Below are positions 48,521-63,789 of a stretch of 64,000 bases of DNA, one piece after another. The stretch covers positions 117,242,001 through 117,306,000 of the forward strand of contig OZ286459.1 of NCBI GenBank assembly GCA_965644265.1, read 5' to 3'. Every line of letters starts with the position of its first letter. The stretch's first letter is position 1. The notes beneath the pieces were generated by a model. That model saw only the letters and a program-made list of their open reading frames with translations, was not told the origin of the DNA and did not search any database. The DNA comes from Glycera tridactyla. Taxonomy: Eukaryota. Position numbers and translations under genes: made by a program.

Positions 48521-51500
48521 ACATTTCAGTGGAATTGTCACCATATATGTCCATGATACCATTGAGTAGTTGGGTTTCTATTCTTAATACTTGTTCAATT
48601 CTGTACCAATCCCCTGATATGGATCACAATTTTAATGAGGAATTACGAATTCTGCTAGCCACATCACCACATATGCTTGATAAGGAATATTTCATCACAC
48701 CCATGCATAAACATATTCACCAGTCACTGATCATATCAAGTAACAACAAACAAAATTCTGGATTTGATGATAACAATAATGATGGTCTGATGACACTATT
48801 GGTCTATTTTGAACACAATTCTCCCATTGTGAGACACTGCTTTCTCCTTCTCATGCTCATACCCCTACTCATTTACTTCCCAACCGGTTTTTACAGATTT
48901 ATTCCGTAAATGAGACAAGAGTTTGAGCTTGAAAAAGTATCAGGCAACTACTGGCAGCACCTACTGATCTGCTCAATATGATGCCATATAAATAAAAGAT
49001 TCAATTATTTCATCTCTCACAAACATCTTAAATTAATTATATGTATTCTCATCACTTTACAGAACATGTATTCATCATCTGATGCTGGATTGAGCTGAGG
49101 TGACATAGGCCCTCACCGAAGCTACAGCATCAGAGCCAACAACTAGTTTACATTTTGTACAACAGTGATCGCCACAACTGACATGAGATTTTTGTCAATA
49201 CAAAAATGCTGAATTAGTTAGTAACATGGGCAGCAGGAAAATATGATGCCAATGCCACGTTCATGAACCCCCTCAACATCACAACCCGAAATAGAAAACA
49301 TACCATCATCCGTCAAATGACTTCCAAGACAAGTCACAGAAAACGCTGCTACCAATGTGCCTCATCTTACTCTGAAATACGCAGTAATGCAGTTCTACTC
49401 AAAATAGACTACTTGTTTAGCAAAGGTATATCAAGGTCAGTGATTTCGTCTTGAACGACGAAAGTAAAAAATCCAATCATGGATCTTATAAGAACATTTA
49501 GAGTTTTTTTTTGTAATATTTCCCTAAAAGCCAGGAGGTATATACACAAGAGATGTAAATGATGAATATTCTACTATGGCTCAGAATATTGAGATGATTT
49601 CAATCTGAAATGGAGGTGGGGGGACTGCCTGGTTTCACCTTTAGAGTACGATGAGGCAACATCGAGTATTGAGCAGACACTATTCTGACCTGCCCAGAAA
49701 ATCATTTGGCAGGCTATGCCCCAAGAAGATGTACCCAGCAGTCAAAATCTCAGATAACCTTGTAAAAATCCAACTGTTCCAAACTCAGGATGAAATCAGA
49801 AGAATATTGTTCCACAATTACATGATAATAGGCCCTTCTTTGAGAAGTGGATATCCTCTTGCCTGCTAGCAATTTCAAATATGACATCATTGATTTTTCT
49901 CAGAAATAGTCATGATTAACACACTATAGATATGTGATAGGTATAGTAGTCATTAGTTATTCACACCATGCTCTCATGGAATTATAATAAAGAGCAAGAA
50001 TGTGTGAATGTATACAGAATTAATGTCATATGAGTATATTCACACCACTCGCAAGGCAGAGCGGATTGATGCTGTTACATTGAGAAATTGTCTTCTGACT
50101 CCACACAAGCTCAAGTGTAACAAAGATGAAAAAAGAAAAGGAATGAATGAACTCGACCAATATTTAGTGTATGAAGCCACTGAAAGTGGCTTGTGTACTT
50201 TGAGCAAATTCACGCTTAGTACAGGTCAATTGCAGAGAAAAATTTAAAACACTCATGTGATGTGCCAAACATGCTGCTTACAACTTCCTGTTTGGAACAA
50301 GTCAATGCTTTGAACAAATCCGGCTGCATCTCATAATTAATTTTTCTATAGTAGTCAATATTCAAAAGAAACACAACAAAGTGGAACGTCAGCAACAAAA
50401 GCAAATATGGGTGAATTTCTATAGGCATTTTTCGGTCACTCACAAAAACAAAACAGTATCCACAACTTCGTTCATTGAATAGCAGTTTATATTGCACACA
50501 AATCCTAACGCAACCATACCTCACCGGCCCCAATTACTCCGATTGCCACACAATCACTTCTGCAGTAACAACAACCAATTAGGTACTGTTTTCTGGAATG
50601 CTTCAAAATCAAAAATGGCAGAAATGAAAAAAACTTGTTTCTGATAGTCAGTTGGTTACTGTGGGGTTTTCTGTGACTTGATTGTCTGCGGGTACTCTCG
50701 TTCCTGAGCTCACTACTTCCACGTGTCATCTCAACAACCAAAAGGCAGTTAGTCAGAGTGGCTGTCTCCAATGAGCACCATTCACACATACATTCTCGCG
50801 TCTTTATGACGCACCACAAATAAAACAAGATACCCCTACCCACCCAATTCGTGAACCATAAATAATGGAATAATTTACAGAGTGACTTGGTCAGTTTCGA
50901 GCTGTAATTTTTTTGGCTCTTAAGATTGTGAAACCCACTGCACTGATAAATCATAAGTGTCTTTCTTCCACACTGGCAAAGTCGATCTTCTTGAATGACA
51001 ATCTATGGCAGAACAAAGTGGTCTTTTAACAAAGGTATTCTACAGTGACCATTGCACACACCACCTTTGCGAAAAGATCAACTGTCCCAAGCAAACTGAA
51101 TTTCCAACCACTTGGGGTTGTCAATTCAGTATTACTTGGCATCAATGAAAATGTTGGGCATTTCTGGTTTCTGTCCTATCATATTCGGAGCAACAGAATT
51201 CTTGCACGCATTGGAGACTTCAGTTCATCTGCAGAGTCATCACCATCAATTTCCATAGCAATATCCAGCAAGAATGTATATTCTGGCCCTTCAAAAGTCT
51301 CATTCATTTAAAAGTCATTTCAAGAGATATGACTGGTCACTCAGCCAGATTATAGTAGTCTGTCGTGGGTCAAATAAGAAAGTAATGTGGAGCAACTCTG
51401 CAGGAATATGATAGGACTAGAAAAGGTATGCCGCCCACAAGGGACCATCAATCTATAGCATGTCATGATCAATACTCAATAGAGATGAACTATAGCATCA

Positions 51501-52499
51501 CTTGAGTATTCCAGTGATATTGCTCCTCTCAAATGCACAATAGAATTGGAACTGAATACTTGAAAAATACCAGAGTGTATCCTTGTATACTGAGACTTTC
51601 ACAATGCACTCACTGATGGGATGACAAACAAATGAAGTTCTATATCTGCCGTGGCGTTGCTGAAAATTGAATGCATTGATACATGTACCAACAGAACTTC
51701 TTGGTCACAATTCACAGTTTACAGAACTTCAATAATGCAGAATAGGGAAATATTCCTGGCTCTCTTGTATATTCAAAACCCAGTATCAAACATAAAAAAT
51801 ACTGTCTGCCTTCGAGATTGCGTATCTTGGATGCACTATTCATGACATTACAAGTTTCAGGAACACCACAGAAACAGAAAGTGATGAATGATGGAAGGTC
51901 CAAAGCAGACTCTGGCACCAAAGTTTCCTTCCCACTGAAATATTTTGGTCAATCAACGAGTGATTGTGGAGAGGATGGACCAATTGGGAAACTTTCAAGA
52001 TAATTGAGAATGGATTTAATGGTTTTCAAAGAATCTCACAATATCAAATGGAGATTTTTCCACACAGATCCCTTCAGTGAGTGCATGCATTCAAACCTGT
52101 CGAGGAATAATATCTTTTGAAAGATGGTTTGGTAACAGATATCGCAGCCACGTGTAGAATCTTGGGTACATCCGTCGTAATCACCACATATTTCAGTGGA
52201 CAAATCCTCCTACCTGTGTACAGGACCAGTATGAGACCATCTCCAGCGAGTATCTGACCCCAGCACTGCCAATGATGATCGCTCAGGACAGGTTTCACTA
52301 CAATATCCTGCATGCTTATGAATGATAATCCCTTGCTATTTGCTCTATACACAGAAAGGTAGTGGATGGCAGTGAAGTGCATTCAATGCAAAAATAAGCA
52401 TGGAGAAATAGTGGAAAGTTTCTTTGGACAGTGTTGAATTAAGCCAAGTCTGATAGATCCATGCAGTGGAAACAGTCTATATACTCCTAATTACTATTA

Positions 52500-52616
52500 T
52501 TATTGCATGAAATAGTCCGGATGTGTAGGGTCTGTAGGGGTATCCTTTTCGAATCGTTTCGCTTCCTCCTGCATACTCTCCTTAATCTTCAAGATGGCTG
52601 CTGATTCATGCTGCTC
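52500..52616 (-). CDS. Ssdp: Ssdp (SSBP2/3/4 family) terminal coding exon
   Basis: TTGTTTCAG| acceptor. EQHESAAILKIKESMQEEAKRFEKDTPTDPTHPDYFMQ* matches the invertebrate Ssdp C-terminus as I recall it. Phase 0 fits the donor at 62515. Confidence 0.85.
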   Translation of the reverse strand, partial: EQHESAAILKIKESMQEEAKRFEKDTPTDPTHPDYFMQ

Positions 52617-55600
52617 CTGAAACAATCAAAACAAGTATGACAGTGACACCTATTGATCAGTGATGCAACTAGAAGGCTATGTGACACATTGCACCACTCA
52701 TGCTCAGAGAGGTCACAGGCAACTGGAGGTCATCCAGGCAGGAGCAATGCAGTGTGGCTAAATGAAAACAACAACCATGCAGCAAAAAAACCTAGATTGA
52801 TACCGGATACAGACAGCTGCACGGACGTATGGACGTATGTACACACAATCCACTCATTTCAGACGGTCACAATGAACCACTTCAGCTTCATAATGATACA
52901 CTACATATAGTAAACATAACAAGAAAAGTCCACAAAAGTGATACAGGCCATACAATCACTGATCAAATGAAGACAAACAAGAGGCTATTCCAGTTCAAGA
53001 GTAAAGAATAACAGCCGTTTGATAATGATTCACCGTCTCAATTCACTAGATTTAATGGACTGCAACAATTGCAAGAACTCACCAAGTGCAGCAATAAAAC
53101 AGTTTCCTAACACCCCACTTTGAGATTCTACCTGTACTGTCATATTTGTTGATTTCCTCGAAGTAACAAATCCAAGTCAATGCATCACCAACAGGGATGA
53201 AATTCCCCCTCATTAATTGTGATCGCATCATCACTTACTAAATGATATACTATGGACATGCTTCTACTGCATGAAAAGACTCCTGGTGGGATATCAGTGC
53301 CGTGAGAGCTTGAGATCTCACATACCCAGAGTCATGAAAATCCCACGAGTTTCTACATAGGTTTGGGTTCATACAAATTTTTTACATCGTTTTCTAAACA
53401 TGATATCGAAAGTTTCATTGTCTCACTGACCTAAATCATCACTGGAATGACCGAATCATGGATTTAATTTCCCCCCTAAATTAGATCAAAAGAGAATAAA
53501 TGCATAGGCTTATTTCATCTTCAGACTAGATTACCGTTACCAATATTGCATAATTGTCAATGAAGTGGGTGTATTAGCTGCGGTCAATGGAGGCAGCTTC
53601 CGAAAAATCAATCCATTCTCAAACATGGATAACTCCAATTAAGAAGTACACATAACAATTATTTTGGATTCCTGACTGTAAGGGTGGGTCCAACTATCAA
53701 CAGGCACCTAATTCTTCAAACTGTTATCTTTTCATCAAACTGAGAGGGACTGAAGAGAAAGAATGAAAATGAAATGAATAAAACTCACTCAACCTCTGAC
53801 TGACAAAGAACTGCTGCAAGCTGTGAAAACATCTTGTAAACAAATGTGAAAACTCATCACTGACATAATCTATAATGGGATTCTTATTCCTAAGCAATCC
53901 ATCATTACCATCTGAGTGAGGTGGCACAGCTGTGTGTTTTGAGCACAAATATGTGCAAGAATGATACATGTCTTGAAAAGTGACAGTAGAATGTCATGGG
54001 ATGTGTGATGAAAAAGTCTTACAAAATAGTGAGAGATTAACCAATCATCTTCCAAATAATCCAATACTGCTGTGAATTGACCAATCAGCAAGTGACTAAC
54101 ATGCCTGTCTCATGTGCTTACCAATCAGGTGAAAGCTTACATTCTGTTGAACCATGTGTGTGTACCCAATGACAATGGGCACATACTATGTGCCTGCAAT
54201 GGGCCAATGCTGGCTGGATTCTTGGTATCATACCCTTAAGTGGATGAACTGATCAGTGTGTCCAGTGATGTTCCATACTTCATGCACATACCTATAGTGT
54301 TGTGCTGCTGGTGAAAAAAAACAACCACTCAGCAACCACGTTAAGAGTAAAGAATAAAATTGACACAGTGCAGACATCAATGATTTTCAAATCGTCCAAG
54401 TAATGATGTGGAAAAGACACTTTATTCTTGCCAATAAACTTTATAATGCAATGATGAAAGCACATCAAAATAGCCCCCAAACATGGCCACACTGTCGTGA
54501 GATCCCTATTCACATGCATGCCATTTATCTCTTGGCCAGATGGATATTCTGAGCCGAATCCACTGCGGATGAATAACTAACTGTTCCAAGAGACCAGTTT
54601 TGACAAGGCTAATTTGGGTGGTCTCTCCCTGCAATACTTATATTTATTGGGGTGCTAAATCCAGGTTCCAGATCATCAATAAATCAGTTTTGATCACAAC
54701 TAGTCATTACTCTTGAGAGCTTGATCACAAGACCAGAATTCCACACCTCCTGGCATGGTGGGACAAGATATCTAAAGGAGAAGAGATAGTTCCGATTTCT
54801 GTGATGCTTCCAATCTTGAGCCAACCTGCATTTAATAGAACTAGTTTATGGATTTATTTGACCACCAAGTTACATTGTTCATTACCCGAGTGATTAAATG
54901 TATGATTGGAAGAAAATTGATGACTGAAATTATCTTCACCTATCCGTTATTACGTCATGATGTTTCTATTCTAGCAAATGTGCAGTGGTGCATGGCACAC
55001 TTGACTTTGCTTGCTTGCTGAAGAAATGGTGCAAGATAAAATCACACAAACTTGTTTCAGATCAAACCTGATAGGACTGTTTGCATGAATACATTCCCTG
55101 GATTTCTTGGATGAACATAATAAAACATTTATTGCGTACCAATACATTGATTTCATAAACAATGGAGGACAACTAACTGAAAACTCTTCTTCAGTAGGAT
55201 TTCAACAATTCACCAGTATCATAAACTGTAATATTGAATTGGATGATCTTCTCAATGTGTTAACAACATACATTCACCCAAATGTCATAATTTGAAGTAC
55301 TTACATACATTTCAAAATGTCGATTTTCAATATCTCAAAAGGGTAATTTAGTGATGGATACTACAGTAAATTTCACTTTTCTCTGACCCCTATGTTTTGG
55401 AAATATCTAGAAATATGTGCACAAGAATTTCTCATGTCTGATGTGATTCTAACACTGGTGGAACTGTCCATGGTTTGACACTGTGTGCAATGGGTTTCAT
55501 AATCACCGGTCACTTGTCTATTGCTGGTATATTTCCTTGAATGGTATGACATTGCAGTGAGAGAGGAAAGGCTGTGATTATGATGATTTCTATACAATAG

Positions 55601-58600
55601 CATCCAATTTCAACTGTAGCAACAACAAACGCTGCATCTTTTTCAATTGGAGAAATATTTCCAACTCTTAATTCAGCAAAGAAAATCACACAAAACACTG
55701 ATCACAAATGAAGTGAAAACATCTATAGTAATTATGCATATGCTGATCCTGATTGTTCTTTTTTGTATGGGTCCGATATGAGTTCATTCCAATTGAATCC
55801 AGAATTCAGACAGATGCTCTCTGTCAAAAATTAACAGCTCCTGATCCAAATATAGGTACATCTGACCTTTGCTGAGATGGACTGGGGGATAACCTGACAG
55901 TAACATTCCAATACATGTAGTCTCATTGTATCACATATCATGGCTCCCATTTTCAACCAGACAATTTGAAAATCAACAGATTATGTTACTGTTCCGGAAA
56001 GAGACTTCACATATGAAATTTTCCTATCGATCCAACATATCTTATTCTTGCTGATTGGTAAGACTCACTTTCCTCAACAAACTTGTCAGGATTTAGAGAT
56101 TGGTTTGTAAGACTGACAATGAAGTCTGCAAGTTGATGAACTTCACGAGAGACATGTCCATCTAATGTTTTTTATAGCACTGAATTCTTTGACATCCCAT
56201 GGGCCTACCAGTCAACTTTGACGAATGTGAAAGTTTAATGATTTCCACTACCGAGAAAAACCAGTATCAATATGTATAGATATGTAGATAGATAATATCT
56301 GACTACAAAACAATGCGCCGTATGCAGCAACCACAGACAAATTCAAAATGGCACGTTCATGCAGTCAATGAAAAAAATCTGGAAAAAGAGCCATATGGTT
56401 GTGTTTTGAAACACATCTAAATATAGTAACCACCCTGTAAACTGCAAGCAGCAAATCTCAATGGATGGAAAAGACTCTAAACAAAGAAGAAAATGTATAC
56501 AGCTACGGTTTGGCCACCTATGCGTGTGTGTGTAATATCAAACACTTTGGCCGTAGAACTTGTGTCTAGAACAGCTGACATACTGCAACTGAAGGCTAGA
56601 TGTGCATGTAACACACAGCTAAATATGTATGTATATATATGTATGATAAAGTAATGCCAAATTGAGGTGGTGTGCTCTTGTGTAATGAAGAAGAACAAAG
56701 CAGATGTATTGCAGATAACAAGCTGGTGTACCACACACACACATACATATGTAATCCATACAGAGAGGGATCAATTCAAGCTGGCGTGCATTAATTGTAG
56801 CTGCAGGTTTCAATATTATATATTTGTACTTCGGGAGCCAGTTCAACTCTCAGGCTGGAGCCATGCAGCTGATATGCAGATTTTCATTGTACTTTTGCTG
56901 TGTATTCTTCGAATAAAGAGGACATATGATTGGAGATCTGGAAATTACTCCAGTGTGAGAATGGCTGATGCATTCCTGCAGCATTTCATCATAACCTCTG
57001 TATTATGAGACTGCTCACATTGAATATGAACTGCATAAGATTTCAGATACTGTATACCAGTACCAGTTGCATACTGACACTAGTCGCATCAGAAATACTC
57101 TTTTTTACAGGGACATGGTGATGAAGTGTATTTCTCCACAAAATTATCCTTTGGATATGTTTCAGTAATTTAGCCAAATTTGTCTGTGAATGCTCTTCTG
57201 AAGTGGCTCAATTCAGTAGTAGCAGCAGCTGTAAATGATGACAATGAACTTCCAGAGGACTGATTTGAAATTCAGCAAACCAAGAGGAAGAAAGCTAAAG
57301 CTTCCCATCCATTAAAAGCTGGGCCCTCTCTCCCTGAACCAGGATGGACAACGACTACAGATATATCTGCTGGATGCCAATGAGACAGGCCTAAGATGGT
57401 ACGAGGAACAAAACTAGAAGCCTGCCGGGGTGCGGAGGAAAGAACTGGGGGCCGCATTGAACAAGGACAGAGTGTGCCACCTATCACCTCTCTGACCTGG
57501 AAATATTTCCTATGACAAGTACTACTCACACACGAAGAGACTCCATCAGCTGGGATGGACAACAATCGGTGAAAACTTAAATTGATATTTTGAAAGCCAA
57601 AATCTCTCAGAATTTATTCAATGTCTAACAGACTGTACCTAGCATGTAGTTTGACTGATATTGGGCCTTTTCTGGAGGATGCTTGGATCATTTCCTGAGC
57701 CAATTTGACATCATGATTTGTCATACAAATACACTGCAAAACCCAAGGCAAGGACAGAGTTGAGTCAGTGAGACTGGGTCCAATTTGGCCAAACAGATAA
57801 ATATATGGCATGCGGAGGTGAGATGATGATAAAAACCAGAAAAAACTCTTTCAAAACATTTGCAGACTTCATGCCTTATTGCTGTGCTGATCGGCAGACA
57901 TCAATTCCACTACTTTCGGGTCTTTTGTATTCCGAAAATTGTGGTGATGGGTTTGGCTTGGTCAGGTTTACTGGGATCATTCTCCCTTCCAGCAACACAT
58001 CGACTGCATCAAAGCATCTTGACCACTGTATCAAAACGAGGAACAGTTCATATGGGTGTATGCTTGGCTGGCAAATATTTTCAAGTGCACATCAGTAGAA
58101 TTTTGTTCTAGTGCAAGATTACTGCATCTCGGAGCAATTCAGTTATAAGTAACAAATATCCAGTAAATACATGAATTTTGGTCCCAAATGTTTGAGTTTC
58201 GAGTCTGCTTAATTGTTGCTGTTTGTTTAACCAAGCTATTCAACAGGCCCAAGTGAAGTATGAATTGTCTAGGGCATAAAACCAGTCACTGAATTTGCAG
58301 ACAGCATATCACCCAACAGCAATTTGTACCAGATGGTCTAAAGAGTCAACAATAATGTGAAATGAATCATGCATACAGATGTCTCTACAGCATCATCGCG
58401 AGAAAATGTCAGTGTCTCTACAATTCTGTTAACTAATTCTAATGCCTGAATTCTAAGAGCTAAATGGGCACCATCACCCACGAAAACCATGACCTCATTC
58501 GAAACAAGTTATATCTATCTACACTATCAGCACGTTCACATTTGGCAAACTGAAATATGGGGGCTTATATATCAATCATAATATATTTTCAAGGATTGTA

Positions 58601-61600
58601 TATATTTTCACTGGCAAAAAGAGAAAAGGGTGATCATAGGAATCACCTCTAGGAAACAGGTCCGTTCAGTGTGTTCTCACTAGAGCATCAAGAATCGTAT
58701 GCTCACGACTCAAGCTTTGATTCTCACTGTGGACACAATCAACCTCTCTGCTGTAATCTACAAAGAGAAACACTTGTTGAAGAACCGTTTGTGAACATGC
58801 TGTTACGGGGAGCCAAGTACGAGTACCTACACTCTCTAATCGATCGACTGCATACTGGCAATATTAGTACACATAATGAGGAGGGGATCAAACCCCACAA
58901 CAAAACCCCCACCAACAATGGCAGCAACCTCGATAGAGGCCACACAATTAGAATGCTAGCATGTCAGTAACTGCAACATAGTCGTACTTAGTAGCGGTTA
59001 AAATGATGAGTGCGGCGGAGTGAGATAATATGCTTGGAAGAGAGGTAACAAACAACTAAACAGTCTCTCGTCCATGCTGACCGAAGTTCAAAATGTGGAT
59101 AAATCACCAGACCTGTAAAGCACACCGGACACACAGAGTGGAACTGTGTGGTTTTGGATCGAAGTCATGGAAATCAACACTAATTCTATAGCTGGGAATA
59201 AAAAACTAGAAAGCCATTATCTCATGATGAAAATAAATCAGATCCTAGAGTTAGGTAATCCTCTAATGCCATTTCTACTTGCATCGTATGTTATTACCAT
59301 CATATTATATATATATAGCCTTCATTGTTCAAGTGATGGGATATCGATCAGGGATGTACCTGCGATATCTGCAATCAATTTTGTGTATCATATTTGCAAA
59401 GCCGTAATGGGTGGAGTTGCACAAGCATGCTCTGGGAGAATGGCTGATCATTTATATTAGCAGGTACGGTAGCTATATCATTTCATGGTAGGACCATTTC
59501 TCTGATACATTGAATGCGTATATTTCTTGGAAAGCCCATTTCACTAAATCTATGTGCAATTAAAATTGCATAGGTGCTCTTAGATGCTACCATTTTCTCG
59601 GACAAAAATAAGCACAACTCAGAGGACCTACCCAACTTTGAGTGAACATACACTTCTGTGAAACAGGTCGCAGAATATATGTACGTACATCATGGTGACG
59701 TGAGATGACCGGCTACATGCACCGAAGCTGATGACTGATACAACATTAGCAATCACCATCACAAAATAGCAATTTTCACCAATTTCACTCACATGGCTAT
59801 TCAACCAATTTACTGTTTGGAATTGCATAAATAGCCATTGGTATAGATTTGAAGCCTTGTGCATTGCTGGCTTCATAACATTACTCCAAATACTGCAGCA
59901 TCAGCTGTAGTTCTAAATTCAAAACTTCACGGAGAATAACTTTTCACCCATGCCAATCTCGGCTGGCAGATATCCACAATGTGGATCACGAAAACTTCGT
60001 AGGTCCTTTTTTTCCAAAGTTTAAACAATTCTGACAATAGGGTCAAAAATTTTCATGATCAGGGAAATTTGTAGTGTTCACAAGAAAAAAAACATTGTGA
60101 TTTTCATGTGTGAGACAAATATTTTGACCTACTAGGGTTGACTAAATTGAGATCATGATACACATCAATCTGTTCCTTATTTGGGAAAAATGCCTGAACT
60201 AATCATAAGTATATCCATTGATAACACTTATTGATGTAGATTCTCGAGAGAAAACTAATACCTAGATAACAATTCACAGAATATCTTCAATGGGATAAAG
60301 CCAATGACAGCGATCATTGTAGCTGAATCATGAATTACTATGATGCTTGATTTTTCAAACTGTAAGTTTCCTGAGAAGTGATAGGCATAGCCTTCAGGAA
60401 GTTGCATTGTTGAAGGTACTTGTAAATGGCATGGACAAAGTATGAATTTCTGCCCTTGTACTTTGGGGGTTCTAGTCTTGTTCAGTATTCTTCCAAGACT
60501 GAAAAAAAGTTTTAGATTTTGAATTTGAAAACTGATTTGGCAAACACATGACTTTCCCCGATGCTACAAGGTGAATTGACTCTCCTGACCTTTGGGGTGC
60601 TTAAGGGCAATACTACAATATCAATCACACATCTGGCCGGAGAACTGAGTCAAACCTGATCGCATTCACAAGATCTTGGAAGCCCAATGATCAAGTTTCG
60701 GGAGATCCTGCAGTGGGATAGAGTGACCCTTGACCATCCCCAGTTGCAGAATGATACAATACAGACTATCCGCCTGGGATCCAATATTTAGAGGCTCACA
60801 TCACTCCAGCTTTGGCACATCCAGATTGATACTGTCGGTTTCATAACAATGAGAAGACACACCCCTAATATTTGGGCACAATCAAACTAGAGCAAAACAG
60901 GCTTCAAGAATATAGATATTTGTGAGACTTTTTCAAAATAGAGACACCACTGATAGGTGCCACTGATAAGTTCAGCAAAATTCCTGAATCATGGTCCACA
61001 AGAAAAAAAATTATGCCTCATACTTTCAAATTTTGGGCAACAGGAAAATGACATACATCTCAGATTGGTATTGGATGTATTTCTTCTATAAGTAGGCTAT
61101 GTAAACTGCCCAAACATGGAATTGAAGTGAAAGATTTCAATATAAGTTGTCGAAAAAAAGCAACACATTGGATAATGCCAAAACAGATTTTTCTTTTCAT
61201 CAAATACACAAGACATAGGACATATTACAGGATTTTGTTAAGATCACTTTTTTCCTGATTCTCCCACATTTTCCAATGAATTCAAAATTGTTCCAAACAA
61301 GGGAGGTCTCAGAAGATAATGATTTGATCAAGTTGTTAGATGACTGTAATTGGATATTTTCTGATAAAAGCGGCATCTATAATTCTTGAGGATTCACACT
61401 TCTGAAAGGGGCCCTTGTAAAACAAGCCAGTGGCATTATCAAAAGAAGGATGGTGAATCATCTTGTCCATAAAAGGGAAACATGGCCTTACTGAAAAATC
61501 ACAAAGAAATGAAGTATAGACTGCTTACATCAAATCCGGTGTTGAACTAGCATATACCTAAGAAAAAAGTCCAACATTTTAGTATCTTGGAAGCAAAAGA

Positions 61601-62514
61601 ATTTTTCTCAATCTTTGGTGGTAGACCTTGCAAAGAACTCACTACCACGAGGGTCACTGAAAAAATAATTTAGATGCATATCTGGGAGTAAAAGTGAAGA
61701 AGCATTTATCAACATGTGAATAAATCCGTTTTAGGTCTAACGCTGTATCCACAATGAACCTCTGGTAGCAAGGGTGGAGAGAACTTGTAGAGGAACATGT
61801 CCATGCTTTCAACCAATATTCACAGACTGCAATCAACCGAAAGCATAAACAAAACCCAGAATAATCGACTCCATTAAGACGATAAAGCGGTCTACAATGA
61901 GTCCAACAGGATGAATCAGAAAAAGGTAGAAAGGATAACTATTATCTTTTGAATGGAGAAAAACTGGACAAGAAGGGGCAGTCTCATTTGAGGGGAATGT
62001 CTTACGTGTGACAATCACGTTAAATGCAGTTTGTCAGACCTGTTAAAGAAGAGGATGAGGATTCTGAATCGGAACGATGGTCCAAACTGCTCAAATTGAT
62101 CCTTTTTGTTTGTAAAGATATCAATGAAGCAACATAAAGAGAATCAATCCTACACCTACTGAACAATTACTAAACAATCCAACAAGGCTCCGTTTCTTCC
62201 CTTTATTTTTTTCATTAATTCTGCTTAGAGAAAAACAAAGGGATTGAAAGAATTACTTACTTAAGAGGTGTCAAGCCATGTCTATGAAAGAAACAAAAGG
62301 GATAGGAATGAGTCAACGTCTGCTCTTCAAAATACCTCAGTCAATCTGACATAATTTTCATCAATCATTCTTCAAAGTTACTACCAAGAAAACTATAGGT
62401 TAGAGTTTCAAAAGATTTACAGAGACGAACTTTAGTTGTTCATTCTAAAGTGTGACGTCTTTCAATCCCTTTCTTACGTTGACCCATGAAAGTTTGTATA
62501 AAGACTGTACTTAC

Positions 62515-62672
62515 ATTTAAACCACTGGGTTGACTTGGGTCTCCTTGATAAGGAGGCATATTTGGGGGAAAATTGCCCATTTCTCCTGGTGCCGTTGAGG
62601 GGGGCATATCTTCCCGAGGTGTTCCAGGACCATTGTGTGGAGAATTTTTCATACTTTCACCCATAGAATCAC
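62515..62672 (-). CDS. Ssdp: Ssdp penultimate coding exon
   Basis: CCTTTGTTAG| acceptor and AAT|GTAAGT donor. DSMGESMKNSPHNGPGTPREDM...GEMGNF matches SSBP KNSP..PGTPRDD.GEMGGNF. Confidence 0.88.
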
Positions 62673-62722
62673 CTAACAAAGGAGTCAGACGAACAAATTA
62701 ACATCCACATAGGGATTCTTCA

Positions 62723-62780
<58 letters not shown>

Positions 62781-62934
62781 GGCACCCACACCCACACCCA
62801 CACACACCCACAGCCACATTTCAAACCCAAATTACTCAATATTTGGCCAAGTGAAAAACACACTACATTACCAACATACATTTTTTTCAGGTTTAACGGC
62901 ATGTATCAATCCAGAGAATTATGTATGCCATGTA

Positions 62935-63063
62935 TTCATGGTCAATGAGAGCTAAATGTTCTCTCCCCTGCAGCCATCACTTTCACAAACCCAAAACACA
63001 AGATAATGGGGAACCTGAAAGATTGTCATGTGGAAGTAGCTGACAGTTCAGACACACCTCTAA
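62935..63063. repeat. Dispersed SINE-like repeat (same family as 42580)
   Basis: Direct match to 42580-42712 with scattered substitutions. Confidence 0.8.
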
Positions 63064-63176
63064 CCACACACATGAACATTTTGAACCTGACATACAAGCC
63101 AGACATCTGATGGACAATGCTTGTGGATTGTGTGAAACATCAATGATACACAATGATATAGCGAATTCAAAATGAT

Positions 63177-63369
63177 TCCCTTCTCTAAATGTCTGCCAAG
63201 CCTGGCTGAACTATGAATTTCGTCATCACAATTGTGCCTATCACAGTGGCGATATACAGGCCACCTAGCGGGACTGTTTTCAACCCTGTTAAAATGGCAT
63301 GTCTATCGCCACTATTTTGTTGACCAAATTCATAGTTATGCCAGGCTTGGCAGACATCTAGAGAAGGGA
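63177..63369. mobile_element. Foldback-type MITE with long TIRs
   Basis: TCCCTTCTCTAAATGTCTGCCAAGCCTGGCTGAACTATGAATTT versus AAATTCATAGTTATGCCAGGCTTGGCAGACATCTAGAGAAGGGA: 44-bp inverted repeat with 3 mismatches, plus inner AGTGGCGATA/TATCGCCACT arms. Confidence 0.8.
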
Positions 63370-63789
63370 CAATAGTGACATCTAGCGTCCCACAGGAGAT
63401 TGGATGATAGTGACATCTAGAGTTTCAGTATTGTTCCATCACTCAATGACTATGACAAACACACCTATACATTCACACACAAAACACCAAGGTGGAAACA
63501 TACTGCCCTTCTGAGGTCTGTACTGGTGAGGCAAAATATAGCCATCATCATTTTACAATATGTATATGCAGGGTTGCACCTGATATCAAAGAACGCAGCC
63601 TCCTCGCTGTTTTTGGGGCATTGAGACCCCTGATTGTCTTAAAAACGGTTCCACCATCGATGAAATGTGTGCAATGCCCCAATGCCTCCCTCTGGATGCA
63701 ACCCTGTATGTGTAGTACCACATGGTTGTGATTCATCAACAGATTCAGTGAATGATATGTTCTTGTGGATGACGAAAAAACATACTCAC

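Noticed and set aside
50500-51400. Broken long reading frames suggestive of an old transposon or viral gene (also about 57300-58100 and 38380-38460)
   Set aside because: No recognisable diagnostic motif. A translated search (blastx or HHpred) would be needed.
56069-56161. Candidate alternative Ssdp exon (TAG|...|GTGAGT, 93 nt)
   Set aside because: No polypyrimidine tract, an in-frame stop in phase 0, and no SSBP similarity.
58739-58945. Signal-peptide-like 68-aa ORF on the minus strand inside the Ssdp intron
   Set aside because: No family motif and no supporting downstream exon or splice context.
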